A stretch of DNA of 64,000 nucleotides from Chloroherpetonaceae bacterium. Lineage in GTDB: Bacteria > Bacteroidota > Chlorobiia > Chlorobiales > Thermochlorobacteraceae. Numbering within the stretch: the stretch's first letter is position 1; every line of letters begins with the position of its first letter. The position numbers and the translations under genes are program-made. The notes under the pieces were generated by a model, which had not been told where the DNA came from, searched no databases, and worked only from the letters and a program-made list of their open reading frames with translations. The stretch spans positions 876 to 64,875 of the forward strand of contig JBDNCJ010000005.1 of assembly GCA_046719715.1 (NCBI GenBank), read 5' to 3'. Below are positions 45,133-54,735 of the stretch, piece after piece.

Positions 45133-46406
45133 TGAAACAGTGGCTCCAATCGCTTCGCGACTCATATCTCGTCAAGCAAACGCTCTTGCTTTATGGCTCG
45201 CAATTGGTGATGACAGGCTTCGGCGTGCTGGCTTACATTCTCATGGCGCGTGAAATGAGCAAAGAAGATTTCGGCGACCGAGAGGTCATTATGAAACTTG
45301 CCGTCTTTGCAAGCGGCTTCTTTGAGTTCGGAATCTTAACGGCGGGCGCAAGGCTTCTGGCAATCCAACCCGATAAAGCACGAGAGCGACAACTCTTTTC
45401 CTTAATGCTCTGGGTTGCATTGATATTGCTTTCACTCTTTGCACTCTTTTTATTTGCTGCAAGTTTTTTCGTTGATGCACTCTTTCAAACCAGCAAGCCG
45501 ATTGGCGCAACGCTGGCGCTCTTTTCGCTTCCGCTCGCGTTCATCGTGTTCAAAATCTATTTTCAACTGCTTTATCAAGGCACAAACGAGATGCTCAAAC
45601 TCTCGTTCTACAACGCCAGCGTGCAAATCGTATTTCTCGCGCTGTTGGCTGTGCTTTGGTGGCAGGAGCGTGTAACAACGTTTTTCGTCATTGCGGCTTA
45701 TTCGCTCTCCTCTTGCGTGGTCGCGCTCTTCCTGATTGCAAAAGGCAAACCAAGTATGGTGCCATTGGGGACATTCAAAGCGGAGTTATGGGAGGAAATC
45801 AAGCGGTATGGCGCGAAGTTCTACATCGGGCGCACGCTCGCCGTCTTGACACAAAATTTAGATTCCTTGCTACTCGCAACATTCTTCACCAGTGTGAATG
45901 TGGGTGTTTATTCAGTGATGGTCTTCTTTGTTTCGCCAATGCAGATGTTCTCTGATGCTTACTTGGTGGTGCGGTTCAAAAAACTCTCGTCGTTGGAAGT
46001 CATTCCGACATCGCTTCTCAAAGCCAACGCCTTGGTGCTTCTGACCATGAGCGCAATGTATCTTGTGGCAGGACATTGGCTAATTCAATGGCTATTTCCA
46101 AAATACAGCGAACACACCGTGCTTCTTTATCCGCTTCTTTTGGCGATGCTTCTGAACGGACTGTCAAAGCCTTACAATTATTTTTTCTCCGCAAAGGGTA
46201 TGGGCGATGTGCTTCTGCGCGTCGCACTTGTCTTCACAGCGTCAAATCTGGTGATGAACTTTTGGCTCATTCCAAACTATGCCGAAATGGGCGCGGCAGT
46301 AGCAATGCTAATCTCAATGACCGCGCTATCGGCAATTCAAGTCTTTCTCTACACAAGAAACAAAGAAACAGTTGCGGTTACATCGAGAGATAAAAATGAG
46401 CAATAA
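45132..46406 (+). CDS. polysaccharide flippase (Wzx/MOP superfamily)
   Basis: About 12 predicted TM helices with the MOP-type layout. The ATG at 45132 overlaps the GT4 stop (TGATG); the track ORF begins upstream at 45060. Confidence 0.7.
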   Translation: MKQWLQSLRDSYLVKQTLLLYGSQLVMTGFGVLAYILMAREMSKEDFGDREVIMKLAVFASGFFEFGILTAGARLLAIQPDKARERQLFSLMLWVALILLSLFALFLFAASFFVDALFQTSKPIGATLALFSLPLAFIVFKIYFQLLYQGTNEMLKLSFYNASVQIVFLALLAVLWWQERVTTFFVIAAYSLSSCVVALFLIAKGKPSMVPLGTFKAELWEEIKRYGAKFYIGRTLAVLTQNLDSLLLATFFTSVNVGVYSVMVFFVSPMQMFSDAYLVVRFKKLSSLEVIPTSLLKANALVLLTMSAMYLVAGHWLIQWLFPKYSEHTVLLYPLLLAMLLNGLSKPYNYFFSAKGMGDVLLRVALVFTASNLVMNFWLIPNYAEMGAAVAMLISMTALSAIQVFLYTRNKETVAVTSRDKNEQ

Positions 46407-46496
46407 GCAATGGAGAATGGAAAGAAATTGTTATCCACTGCTTATTGCTCGTTACTCAATGTTGTTGGAGTTTTACTCTGCGCTGCGTCGTCAAGG

Positions 46497-47915
46497 TTAG
46501 AGCGTTGACTTGATAGCATTACGAACAAGCGCCATGCCGTCTTCGGCTTCGGCAAGCGTGAGCGTGAGCGGCGGGCGGAATCGGACGGTGCGCTCGCCAC
46601 AGCCAAGCATCACGACGCCTTGCTTCATGGCTTCGCTGATGAACTTGTTGCGCGTGGCTTTGTCGGGCAAATCAAAAGCGCACATTAAACCTCTGCCGCG
46701 CGGATTGGAGACCGTTCCCTTAAATTCTTCGGCGAGCAACTGAATTTTGGTGAGCAAAAACGCGCCGATGTTCTTTGCGTTTGTCAGTAAGTTTTCTTGT
46801 TCGATAATTTCAAGATACTTTTTTGAACGAAGCATATCGACCAAATTTCCGCCCCAAGTGGAGTTGATGCGGCTGGGCACATGAAAGACATTGTCTTCAA
46901 TCTCGTCAATGCGCGTGGTCGACATAAAGCCGCACACTTGGGTTTTCTTACCGAAGGCAATCATATCGGGCAAGCAGAGTTCCTCGCCAACACAACGACC
47001 GAGTGTTTTACAAGTCGTATCGCCAACGGCGCACGGATTGCCCGTGTTCAGCAGTTGTTCCGCCGCCCACATCGTGCCTGTAAGTCCTAACCCGGTTTGC
47101 ACTTCGTCAAAAATCAGCATGGCGTCGTTCTCGAGCGAGAGCAAACGCAAGGCTTTAAGAAATTCGGGACGGAAATGATTGTCGCCGCCTTCGCCTTGAA
47201 TGGGTTCAATAACAATCGCGGCAATGTCGTCAGGATTGTCATGAAAGGCTTGTTTAATTTCTGCAATGGCTTGTGCCTCGAGTTTTTGAACTTCTTCAAG
47301 ATGAGCATCGTTGAGCGGGAAAGTGATTTTCGGATTCGTGATTCGAGGCCAATTGAACTTCGGGAAGAGGTCAGTTTTCGCAGGGTCGGTGTTCGTCATG
47401 GAGAGCGTGTAGCCGCTTCGTCCGTGAAAGGCTTGTTTGAAATGAATGACTTGATGTCCTTTCTCGGTCTTGTAGCCTTTTCTAAAATTTTTCTTAACCT
47501 TCCAATCGAAGGCGGCTTTCATGGCGTTTTCAACAGCGAGCGCGCCGCCTGCAATCCAAAAGGTGTATTTCATGCCTTTTGGCATAGCCAGTTGACGAAA
47601 GGTTTCGACGAATTCCGCCATTTCAACGGAATAGATGTCGGAGTTTGAGGGATTAACAATCGCCGCATAAAGGAGTTTATCCAGAAAGACTTTGTCGTTC
47701 CAAATGGCGGGGTGATTCGCGCCAATCGGTGCAGAGGCGACAAAGGTGAAGAAATCCAATAAACTGCGCTTGGAGACGGCATCGTAGAGATACGCGCCGC
47801 TACTTTTCTGAATGTCTAAAATCATATCCAATCCATCAACCAGCATGGATTTGGAAAGAATTTGGTGCACGAGTTCGGGGGCGATGTCTTTCTTATAGAG
47901 TGTTGGTGAAGTCAT
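46497..47915 (-). CDS. lat: class III aminotransferase, L-lysine 6-transaminase-like
   Basis: MLVDGLDMILDIQKSSG, DFFTFVASAPIGANHP, NPSNSDIYS and FDEVQTGLG closely track the LAT family as I recall it. The PLP-lysine region is FGKKTQVCG. Confidence 0.75.
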   Translation of the reverse strand: MTSPTLYKKDIAPELVHQILSKSMLVDGLDMILDIQKSSGAYLYDAVSKRSLLDFFTFVASAPIGANHPAIWNDKVFLDKLLYAAIVNPSNSDIYSVEMAEFVETFRQLAMPKGMKYTFWIAGGALAVENAMKAAFDWKVKKNFRKGYKTEKGHQVIHFKQAFHGRSGYTLSMTNTDPAKTDLFPKFNWPRITNPKITFPLNDAHLEEVQKLEAQAIAEIKQAFHDNPDDIAAIVIEPIQGEGGDNHFRPEFLKALRLLSLENDAMLIFDEVQTGLGLTGTMWAAEQLLNTGNPCAVGDTTCKTLGRCVGEELCLPDMIAFGKKTQVCGFMSTTRIDEIEDNVFHVPSRINSTWGGNLVDMLRSKKYLEIIEQENLLTNAKNIGAFLLTKIQLLAEEFKGTVSNPRGRGLMCAFDLPDKATRNKFISEAMKQGVVMLGCGERTVRFRPPLTLTLAEAEDGMALVRNAIKSTL

Positions 47916-48088
47916 ACATCGAGTTCCGTTTAGCGTTAGTGACGTTAAGATTTAATGAAGGAGGCAGATTCTTGTATGAACTTGAACCGTGTGAGCATTG
48001 CGGATGCAAGCCGAACTGCCGCAACAGGTTTAGTAAGTTAGAGATGTTTTCTCGCTTCACAAAAGAAAATCGACGGGCACAGTCAGAA

Positions 48089-48706
48089 ATGAAAACCGAT
48101 TTTGAGATGCCGTATTGGCAGATGTATTCGCAGATTGCAGGCGTTGACGAAGTCGGGCGCGGTTGTTTGGCGGGTGCGGTAGTTGCCGCCGCCGTTGTTT
48201 TTGAGCGCGACTTCAAGCCAAAAGGCATCTTGCAACAGGTCAACGACTCCAAACAACTTCCGCCGTCCTTGCGCGAAGAACTTGCCGCTGCAATTAAGAA
48301 AACCGCAAAAAGTTATGCCCTCGCCGAAGTGCCACCAAGCGAGATTGATAAACACAACATTCTCAACGCAACCATGCGTGCTATGAACCAAGCCATCGAG
48401 CGACTTTCGCCTTTGCCTGATTTTCTCTTCATTGATGGCAATTACTTCAAACCCGTGCTTCCAATTCCGTTTCAAACTGTCGTGAAAGGCGACTCGAGCG
48501 TCTTCTCTATCGCCGCCGCGTCCATTTTAGCCAAAGTCCACCGTGATAACTTGATGAAGCAATTAGATGCCGACTATCCGCAATACGGCTTCGCCAAGCA
48601 CGTCGGATATGCCACGCGCGAACACATCGATGCAATAAAGAAATACGGACGGTGCGCGATTCACCGACAAAGTTTCAAGCTCAAAGCTCTTTCAGAAAAA
48701 ATGTAG
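48089..48706 (+). CDS. rnhB: ribonuclease HII
   Basis: IAGVDEVGRGCLAGAVVAAAV, DSKQL and ASILAKV.RD. I prefer the ATG at 48089; the track ORF (47900) would overlap the lat start. Confidence 0.88.
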   Translation: MKTDFEMPYWQMYSQIAGVDEVGRGCLAGAVVAAAVVFERDFKPKGILQQVNDSKQLPPSLREELAAAIKKTAKSYALAEVPPSEIDKHNILNATMRAMNQAIERLSPLPDFLFIDGNYFKPVLPIPFQTVVKGDSSVFSIAAASILAKVHRDNLMKQLDADYPQYGFAKHVGYATREHIDAIKKYGRCAIHRQSFKLKALSEKM

Positions 48707-48848
48707 ACCAAAGGAAATTATTTTTGATTGTTTGAACATTTATGTTCAAGTTCTGTTTTCGCTGATAGAAGAGACGCCTGCACGTCGTGCACGTTTTAAG
48801 AATCAGCGTTAGGCTCATTCACCAACAACTAACAAAGGAAAGAACGAA

Positions 48849-51377
48849 ATGAAAAGAAAACAACTCCTGCTACTCTTATGTTTGTCGCAGACAGTATTAG
48901 CGCAAGATTTCAGGCAGGAACCTATCGGCGAAATTCAACACGTCGAGTTTGTGCGATTTATCGATGAAAATGGAAATTCATCGTGCAGGCAATTCACGCG
49001 AACTGCTGAAGAAGCCGCCGCACTGGAAGAAGCAAAGGCGAAAGCGGGAATGGTCGTGTTACAAAACACCGTTGGAAGACGCGCACAGGGGCAAGGGCTC
49101 GACATTGTGTTGAGAGGCACGCCGCAACTGCTCCAATTTCCTGCCGCAGTAACCGCATTTGAAGTCGCGGCACAACGGCTCGAAGCCTACATTGCCAATC
49201 CCATTACGGTCGTCATTGACGTCGACTACGGTCCAACGCGCTTCGGTTCGCCTTGGGGACCTGGCGTATTAGGTTCAACGAGTTCAGCCGTTATTTCGCT
49301 GTCGGGCTACACGGTTCGTCGCTTTGCGGATTCGCTCATTGCGCGTGCGCCGGGCTACGCGCCAATCTACAACGCCATTCCGCAACCCGTTCCAAATACG
49401 GCGGGCGCGCCAAATCCACTGCCCTCTGGCACGACGCCAAATCTTCAAGCCCTCGGCATTCTGAACGCCAACGGCAACTTGCTTAGCCCTGTGCCCAGCA
49501 TTGGATTTAACTCAAACTTCCCGTTTGACCTTGACCCCAGCAACGGTATTTCACCTGGACAAACCGATTTTGACGCAGTAGCGGTTCACGAAATCGGGCA
49601 CGCGTTAGGGTTTGTCTCCGTCATTGGCTCAAACACAAACTTCTTGCGCACGTGGGATTTCTTCCGATTTCGTCCAGGTGCCGTTACCAATCTGCAAACC
49701 TTCGCAACCGCTCAACGTGTCAACACGCCGGGGCCGAGCCCAAGCGGCGGCGACCAAGTCTTCTGGGACGGCACGCGCGAATGGGAAGTCTCAACCGCAC
49801 GCGGCGACCGCACCGGCGGCGATGGTCAGCAAGCCTCACACTGGCGCGACGACGCTCAACGCGGTAATGTGCCGCTTCTGGAGCGCAAAATCGGTATCAT
49901 GGATCCAAACCTCGCCGCAGGCGTGCGCGACACGCTCAAATTCGCCGACTGGAAAGCTCTCGGCGTGATGGGCTGGCAAGTAACTAAAATCGAAGAAGTC
50001 AAAAACGTTCAAGTAACCAGCGACTTCCAAACTCCAACCTCCGTTCAACTGCAATGGACGAATCCGCAATTCACAGTCGGCGGCGGCACGATTGAAAACC
50101 TTGAAATCTTGCTCTTCCGAAATAATCAACTCATCACGGCGTTCGCGAGCGCGCAACCCAATCAAACCGTTACATTCAGCGATACCGGCTTAACGCAGTA
50201 TGCAACGGCGACCTACACCATCTACGCGCACGACCCCGACTTAGAAGACTCTGGATTCCCCGTTTCAAGAGACATCACTGTTGGCGGCTCGCCGCGCCCT
50301 GCCGCGCCTACAGAAATTACTGCACGAAGCAACGAAAGCACGGTGGTTGTCAGAGTAACCGCCCCGACCGTCCATGACGACGGCACAACGCTGCACAACC
50401 TAAGCGCGATTCGTTTGTTCCGTCTCAATACACAGCCTCAAAACTTGGTGACTGAATTGACCCTCGCAACGACGGACACCGGAAAAACCTTCACCTTCAC
50501 CGATACGCCACCGCGTCGCCCAATTCCAAACTACAACTACGTGGCACAGTTTATTGGTGCTGCGCCGCCAAGCGTCAATGCCGTCGGTCTAGAACGCTCT
50601 ACGTCCAACATTCGCGCGGGCGTTGTTCAAAATGCGAACTACACCGAAACCTTCGAAACCAGCCGACGAAGCGTGGTTGAAGACTTCGCGTGGGATAGCA
50701 CGAACACCCTCGCCTACCAAAGCACTTGGTCGTTTGGCGCGCTAAACTACGGCGCAAACCTCGACGCTTCCGCCTACATTCCGCAAACGCGCATGCTCAA
50801 TGGCGGCGAATTACGCTTTTGGACGATTTGCCGCACCGGCGCAAATGACTCCGGTGTCGTTGAAATCTCGAAAAATCGTGGTGCAACATGGTCGCCCGTT
50901 CTGACCTTATCGAGCAACACTCACCCCGAATGGGCGGCAGGTCAAAATGTGTGGTTCGAAAAAAGCATCTCGCTTTCCAGTTTCAACACGGATACTATTG
51001 TAACCCGCTTCCGATTGCTCAGCAGCGCAAGCGGCGGCGGATTCGGTTGGCTCATCGATGATATTGCGCTCTCGCAAGGCACGCTCTCGACCAATCCGCA
51101 AACGAGCAAGCCGTATCAATTTGCATTAGAACAAAATTATCCGAACCCCTTCAACCCAACCACGACGATTCAGTATGAATTGGCTTCGCCAAGCGAAGTC
51201 AAGCTGCGCGTCTTTGATGTTTTGGGACGTGAAGTCGCAACACTCGTCAATGCGCGTCAAAGTGCTGGACGCTATCGAGCCGAGTTCAATGCAACTGCGC
51301 TTTCCAGCGGCGTGTATTTCTACCGATTAGAAACGCAGGACTTTACGCAGACGAGGAAAATGTTTTTGGTGAAGTAA
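48849..51377 (+). CDS. secreted zinc metalloprotease-like protein with T9SS C-terminal sorting domain
   Basis: A signal peptide, an HEIGHALGF (HExxH) domain, FN3-like repeats, a jelly-roll-like domain, and the C-terminus QNYPNPFNPTTTIQY...VFDVLGREVATL...GVYFYRL. Confidence 0.7.
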   Translation: MKRKQLLLLLCLSQTVLAQDFRQEPIGEIQHVEFVRFIDENGNSSCRQFTRTAEEAAALEEAKAKAGMVVLQNTVGRRAQGQGLDIVLRGTPQLLQFPAAVTAFEVAAQRLEAYIANPITVVIDVDYGPTRFGSPWGPGVLGSTSSAVISLSGYTVRRFADSLIARAPGYAPIYNAIPQPVPNTAGAPNPLPSGTTPNLQALGILNANGNLLSPVPSIGFNSNFPFDLDPSNGISPGQTDFDAVAVHEIGHALGFVSVIGSNTNFLRTWDFFRFRPGAVTNLQTFATAQRVNTPGPSPSGGDQVFWDGTREWEVSTARGDRTGGDGQQASHWRDDAQRGNVPLLERKIGIMDPNLAAGVRDTLKFADWKALGVMGWQVTKIEEVKNVQVTSDFQTPTSVQLQWTNPQFTVGGGTIENLEILLFRNNQLITAFASAQPNQTVTFSDTGLTQYATATYTIYAHDPDLEDSGFPVSRDITVGGSPRPAAPTEITARSNESTVVVRVTAPTVHDDGTTLHNLSAIRLFRLNTQPQNLVTELTLATTDTGKTFTFTDTPPRRPIPNYNYVAQFIGAAPPSVNAVGLERSTSNIRAGVVQNANYTETFETSRRSVVEDFAWDSTNTLAYQSTWSFGALNYGANLDASAYIPQTRMLNGGELRFWTICRTGANDSGVVEISKNRGATWSPVLTLSSNTHPEWAAGQNVWFEKSISLSSFNTDTIVTRFRLLSSASGGGFGWLIDDIALSQGTLSTNPQTSKPYQFALEQNYPNPFNPTTTIQYELASPSEVKLRVFDVLGREVATLVNARQSAGRYRAEFNATALSSGVYFYRLETQDFTQTRKMFLVK

Positions 51378-51406
51378 TTAAAATCCGCTTCCGAAAATCC
51401 GCATAA

Positions 51407-51440
51407 AACAAAAACGGACGCGTTCAAGGCGTCCGTTTTG
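51407..51440. terminator. bidirectional rho-independent terminator
   Basis: AAAACGGACGC-gttcaag-GCGTCCGTTTT forms an 11-bp stem flanked by A-runs and T-runs. It lies between convergent genes (48849..51377 on the plus strand and 51459..51779 on the minus strand). Confidence 0.55.
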
Positions 51441-51458
51441 CGTTTCGTTTGATGTGGC

Positions 51459-51779
51459 TTATCGCGCAAAGAAGGGCTTGTCGTAAAGTTCAAGCCGCTT
51501 TTCAGGCGTAAAGCGAAAATCGAGAATTTCGCCTTCGGGGCGAACCTCAATGAGCGCACCCGATGGGCATGCATCAACATCAAAACAAAGTTGACAAGAA
51601 ATGCAGGCTTTTTGGTCGATGTAATACCGAAAGCCGCCTTCTTGCACGTCGCCGTAGAGTTTGACGCCAATGGCGTTAACTTTGGGCGGACATTGGTCTA
51701 AACAGAATCCGCATGCGATGCACAAGTTCTCGATAATGTCGTACTTGTTCTTCGCACGCTTTTTCACGGCTGCTGCCAT
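51459..51779 (-). CDS. 4Fe-4S dicluster ferredoxin-like protein
   Basis: CIACGFCLDQCP and CISCQLCFDVDACP are Cys clusters. The ATG is at 51779; the track TTG is at 51848. Confidence 0.75.
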   Translation of the reverse strand: MAAAVKKRAKNKYDIIENLCIACGFCLDQCPPKVNAIGVKLYGDVQEGGFRYYIDQKACISCQLCFDVDACPSGALIEVRPEGEILDFRFTPEKRLELYDKPFFAR

Positions 51780-51928
51780 AGCAGTGTCCTCCGTTGTGGT
51801 TAATGGTTGTAAAAAATTATTTCCATGATGAATATAAGGGCTTTTCAATACGTTCCGAAATTCTCTTCGGGCGCGCGAAGTCGCTATGGACGATTAACCA
51901 CGAACGATTTTCAGTCATCAGACGAGCA

Positions 51929-53320
51929 ATGAACCTTCTTGAACAAGAGCCGATTGCCGCCATTGCGACGGCGGCGGGCGAAAGTGCAATTTCCATCGTG
52001 CGCATGAGTGGCAAGGGTGTGCTGGAAATCGCTGATAAAGTCTTTCGCAAAGCGGGCGATAAAAATTTTTCATTCCTGAAAACGGATTCTCACACGGCGC
52101 ATTACGGACGACTCATTGATGCCAAAGGCGAGATGATTGACGAAGTCATGGCAATCGTCTACAAATCGCCGCGCTCTTTCACGATGGAAGATTCGGTTGA
52201 GTTCAACTGTCATGGCGGGGTGATTGTAACGCAGACTGTTCTCGAGACCTTGCTCGAGGCAGGCTGTCGCCTTGCTGAAGCGGGCGAATTTACGCGCCGT
52301 GCCTTTCTCAACGGGCGCATTGACTTAATTCAAGCCGAGGCGATTGGCGAAATGATTCATGCAAAAACGGCGGCGGCGTATCGCTCTGCGCTCTCGCACC
52401 TCAAAGGCGACTTGTCTAAAAAACTCGCCGCCCTGCGCGAAGACCTGCTCAACGCCTGCTCCATGCTCGAGCTCGAGCTCGATTTCGGCGAAGAAGACGT
52501 CGAGTTTCAAAGCCGAGACGACCTCAAAGCCAAAATGCGAAACCTAAACCAAACGCTCACAGAACTTGCCGATTCGTTTAAGTTTGGAAAACTCGTTCAA
52601 GAGGGTGTGCGAACTGCCATCGTCGGCAGACCTAACGCGGGCAAATCCACCTTGCTCAACGCCTTGCTCGGCAAAGAGCGCGCCATTGTCAGCGACATCG
52701 CCGGCACCACGCGCGATTACATCGAGGAAAGTTTCGTCATCGACGGCGTCTTGTTCAAACTCATCGACACGGCTGGACTGCGCGCAACGCACGACCAAAT
52801 CGAAGGCGAAGGCATTCGACGCAGTTACGAAAAAATCGAAGAAGCCGACTTAATTCTTTATCTCATCGATGCCTCAAAGCCCATAGACCCCGATGAACAA
52901 AGGGAGATTGAAGCGATGCGCAAAAAAAATGCAGAAGCAAAACTGTTGACCGTGTTGAATAAAGCGGATAAGGTTGAGAATGTAGAATTCAGGATTGAGA
53001 ATATAGAAGCATTGAAAATCTCTGCACTCACACGCGCAGGCATGGACGAATTGAAAACACGAATGAAATCGCTCGCACTTGGCACAGAAAAACTCTCAGA
53101 GGGAAGTATCATGCTCACCAACCTTCGCCACTACGAGGCGATTCGCAATGCACTGCAAAGTTTAGCGCAAGCCGAAGCACAAGTTGAACGGCACGCGCCG
53201 ACGGAACTCATCGCCTCCGACCTGCGCGACGCGCTCCATCACATCGGCACTATCACGGGCAAAGTTTCTACCGACGATATTCTCAACAACATTTTCGCCA
53301 AGTTCTGCATTGGAAAATGA
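51929..53320 (+). CDS. mnmE: tRNA modification GTPase MnmE
   Basis: IAAIATAAGESAISIVRMSG, the G-domain motifs GRPNAGKSTLLN and DTAGLR, and the C-terminus FCIGK. The ATG is at 51929; the track ORF starts at a TTG (51794). Confidence 0.93.
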   Translation: MNLLEQEPIAAIATAAGESAISIVRMSGKGVLEIADKVFRKAGDKNFSFLKTDSHTAHYGRLIDAKGEMIDEVMAIVYKSPRSFTMEDSVEFNCHGGVIVTQTVLETLLEAGCRLAEAGEFTRRAFLNGRIDLIQAEAIGEMIHAKTAAAYRSALSHLKGDLSKKLAALREDLLNACSMLELELDFGEEDVEFQSRDDLKAKMRNLNQTLTELADSFKFGKLVQEGVRTAIVGRPNAGKSTLLNALLGKERAIVSDIAGTTRDYIEESFVIDGVLFKLIDTAGLRATHDQIEGEGIRRSYEKIEEADLILYLIDASKPIDPDEQREIEAMRKKNAEAKLLTVLNKADKVENVEFRIENIEALKISALTRAGMDELKTRMKSLALGTEKLSEGSIMLTNLRHYEAIRNALQSLAQAEAQVERHAPTELIASDLRDALHHIGTITGKVSTDDILNNIFAKFCIGK

Positions 53321-53362
53321 GACGCGTTTGATTACCCAACTCCCAAAACAAACTTGAAACCA

Positions 53363-53746
53363 ATGAGTCGATTAACGGATAAAACAGACAGCGAGGCTCT
53401 TGACTTCAAAAGCAAAATCGCCGCCTTTGCGAACTTGTCTGATAATTGGGACGGACTCGGAACATCTGAGCCTTCTCAACTTGCAATTAGCAACGCGCTA
53501 TTCGTTCTCGAAGCACTTTTCAAAAATGAGACGCTTCCCGATTTTGTCAATGCAACAAGCGATGACAGCATCGTTGTTCAGCTTCAACGAGAAAACGGTT
53601 TTTACTTGTTTGAATGCTTCAACAACGGCGATATTGTTTTCTTGAAAAAGCAAAACGGCAAGCGAGATGTGGTCGATTTACAAAAGTGGGATATTCAAAA
53701 CGCGGTAGCTCAAATTTCTGCCAACAAAACCAATGCCTTGTTTTGA
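53363..53746 (+). CDS. hypothetical protein (NWDG-motif), first gene of an overlapping pair
   Basis: 127 aa from the ATG at 53363. The motif LSDNWDGLGTSEPSQLAISNA is of a type seen in small phage/TA-associated proteins, but I cannot name a family. Its stop overlaps the next ORF start by 14 nt. Confidence 0.45.
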   Translation: MSRLTDKTDSEALDFKSKIAAFANLSDNWDGLGTSEPSQLAISNALFVLEALFKNETLPDFVNATSDDSIVVQLQRENGFYLFECFNNGDIVFLKKQNGKRDVVDLQKWDIQNAVAQISANKTNALF

Positions 53747-54021
53747 CATTCCCGAAAGATTGCACGCAAACGGCAAATCGCTCGGTACACAATTTGCCGA
53801 CGATGAGAAACTCTTTCGCCGATTCGCGCAAACCGAACAGAATAAGCCCGCCATCATTAACGGCAAATTAACGCACGCCTCGTTCTCGCTTAAAGAAATG
53901 TCGGTCAATCGAGACAAAGTATTCAGAGCGTCCCGAAGACGTGCTTTACAACATTAAAACGGGAAATCACTTTTGGGATTGCGGCATTTACGCCTTTCGC
54001 GTCGGCGAGATTAAATCACTC
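53733..54021 (+). pseudogene. hypothetical gene, frameshifted and 3'-truncated
   Basis: Frame 1 reads MPCFDIPERL...KEMSVNRDK, followed by junk and a stop at 53957. Shifting frame at about 53917 gives a protein-like continuation YSERPEDVLYNIKTGNHFWDCGIYAFRVGEIKSL. That continuation runs into the antisense of the methylase remnant at 54022. Confidence 0.35.
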
Positions 54022-54300
54022 TCACACCTCATAGACCTTCATCACCTCATCGCCGAAGTGGTTAATCACCTTCACGGCGATTTTGCCTGACTTCGGTTTG
54101 TCAAACGGGACTGAAACCGTCGTGTAAAGTTGCGCCCATTTTTCTTCGCTCACCTCCGCCTTCAACGCCCGCTTGAGTTTTTTATACGGGTCGTTTGCGC
54201 CCGTGAAATACGCCTGCCGCACGAAAAAACTCTCGCCGTTGTAATTGGTTTCCTTTTTCAAGCGGAAGGCTGGCGCGCAGGTCGGCGCGAAGAATGTGGT
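54022..54300 (-). pseudogene. DNA methyltransferase remnant (C-terminal ~90 codons only)
   Basis: ...FRLKKETNYNGESFFVRQAYFTGANDPYKKLKRALKAEVSEEKWAQLYTTVSVPFDKPKSGKIAVKVINHFGDEVMKVYEV is the characteristic C-terminus of PF01555-type methylases paired with type III-like helicases. No catalytic or SAM-binding motifs are left. Confidence 0.55.
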
Positions 54301-54377
54301 CGCCGCCGATGTCTACAGTGGTCTCATGGTGTTCATGCTTATCAAAAGTTATTTTCAAAAAGTTACAATGATTGTAG

Positions 54378-54407
54378 GAAAGCGCGAATGAGATTTTTTG
54401 AGTCATA
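54378..54407. repeat. 30-bp imperfect direct repeat, left copy
   Basis: gaaagcgcgaatgagattttttgagtcata matches 55101..55130 at 28 of 30 positions. Confidence 0.7.
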
Positions 54408-54486
54408 AATTTTTCAATGCTTACGAAAGAGAATGAGTTTGTTAAATTCTTGTATCAAAATCGCAACAATTTAGACGACGCTAAAG

Positions 54487-54735
54487 ATGAAAACAATTGA
54501 GGTTACCGTAGAAAACGGCGTGATAACGCTTGCGCCGAATGTAGAACTGCCGAAACATTCACGATTAGCATTGCTCTTGCTTGAGTCGGGCGACGACATA
54601 TCCACACTCGATTTGACGAAACTCGCCGACGCAAACCCGTCATTTGATTTCTTGAAAGCCGAGCCTGACCTTTACAGCGAAGCCGATATAAAACCTGAAA
54701 ATCGCAACCCAAAATATCGTTCTCAACGCCCATGA
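54487..54735 (+). CDS. type II antitoxin (AF2212/DUF104-like N-terminus)
   Basis: MKTIEVTVENGVITLAPNVELPKHSRLALLL is DUF104-like. FDFLKAEPDLYSEADI is a tail common in MazF-partner antitoxins. Its stop overlaps the toxin start (ATGA). Confidence 0.7.
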   Translation: MKTIEVTVENGVITLAPNVELPKHSRLALLLLESGDDISTLDLTKLADANPSFDFLKAEPDLYSEADIKPENRNPKYRSQRP

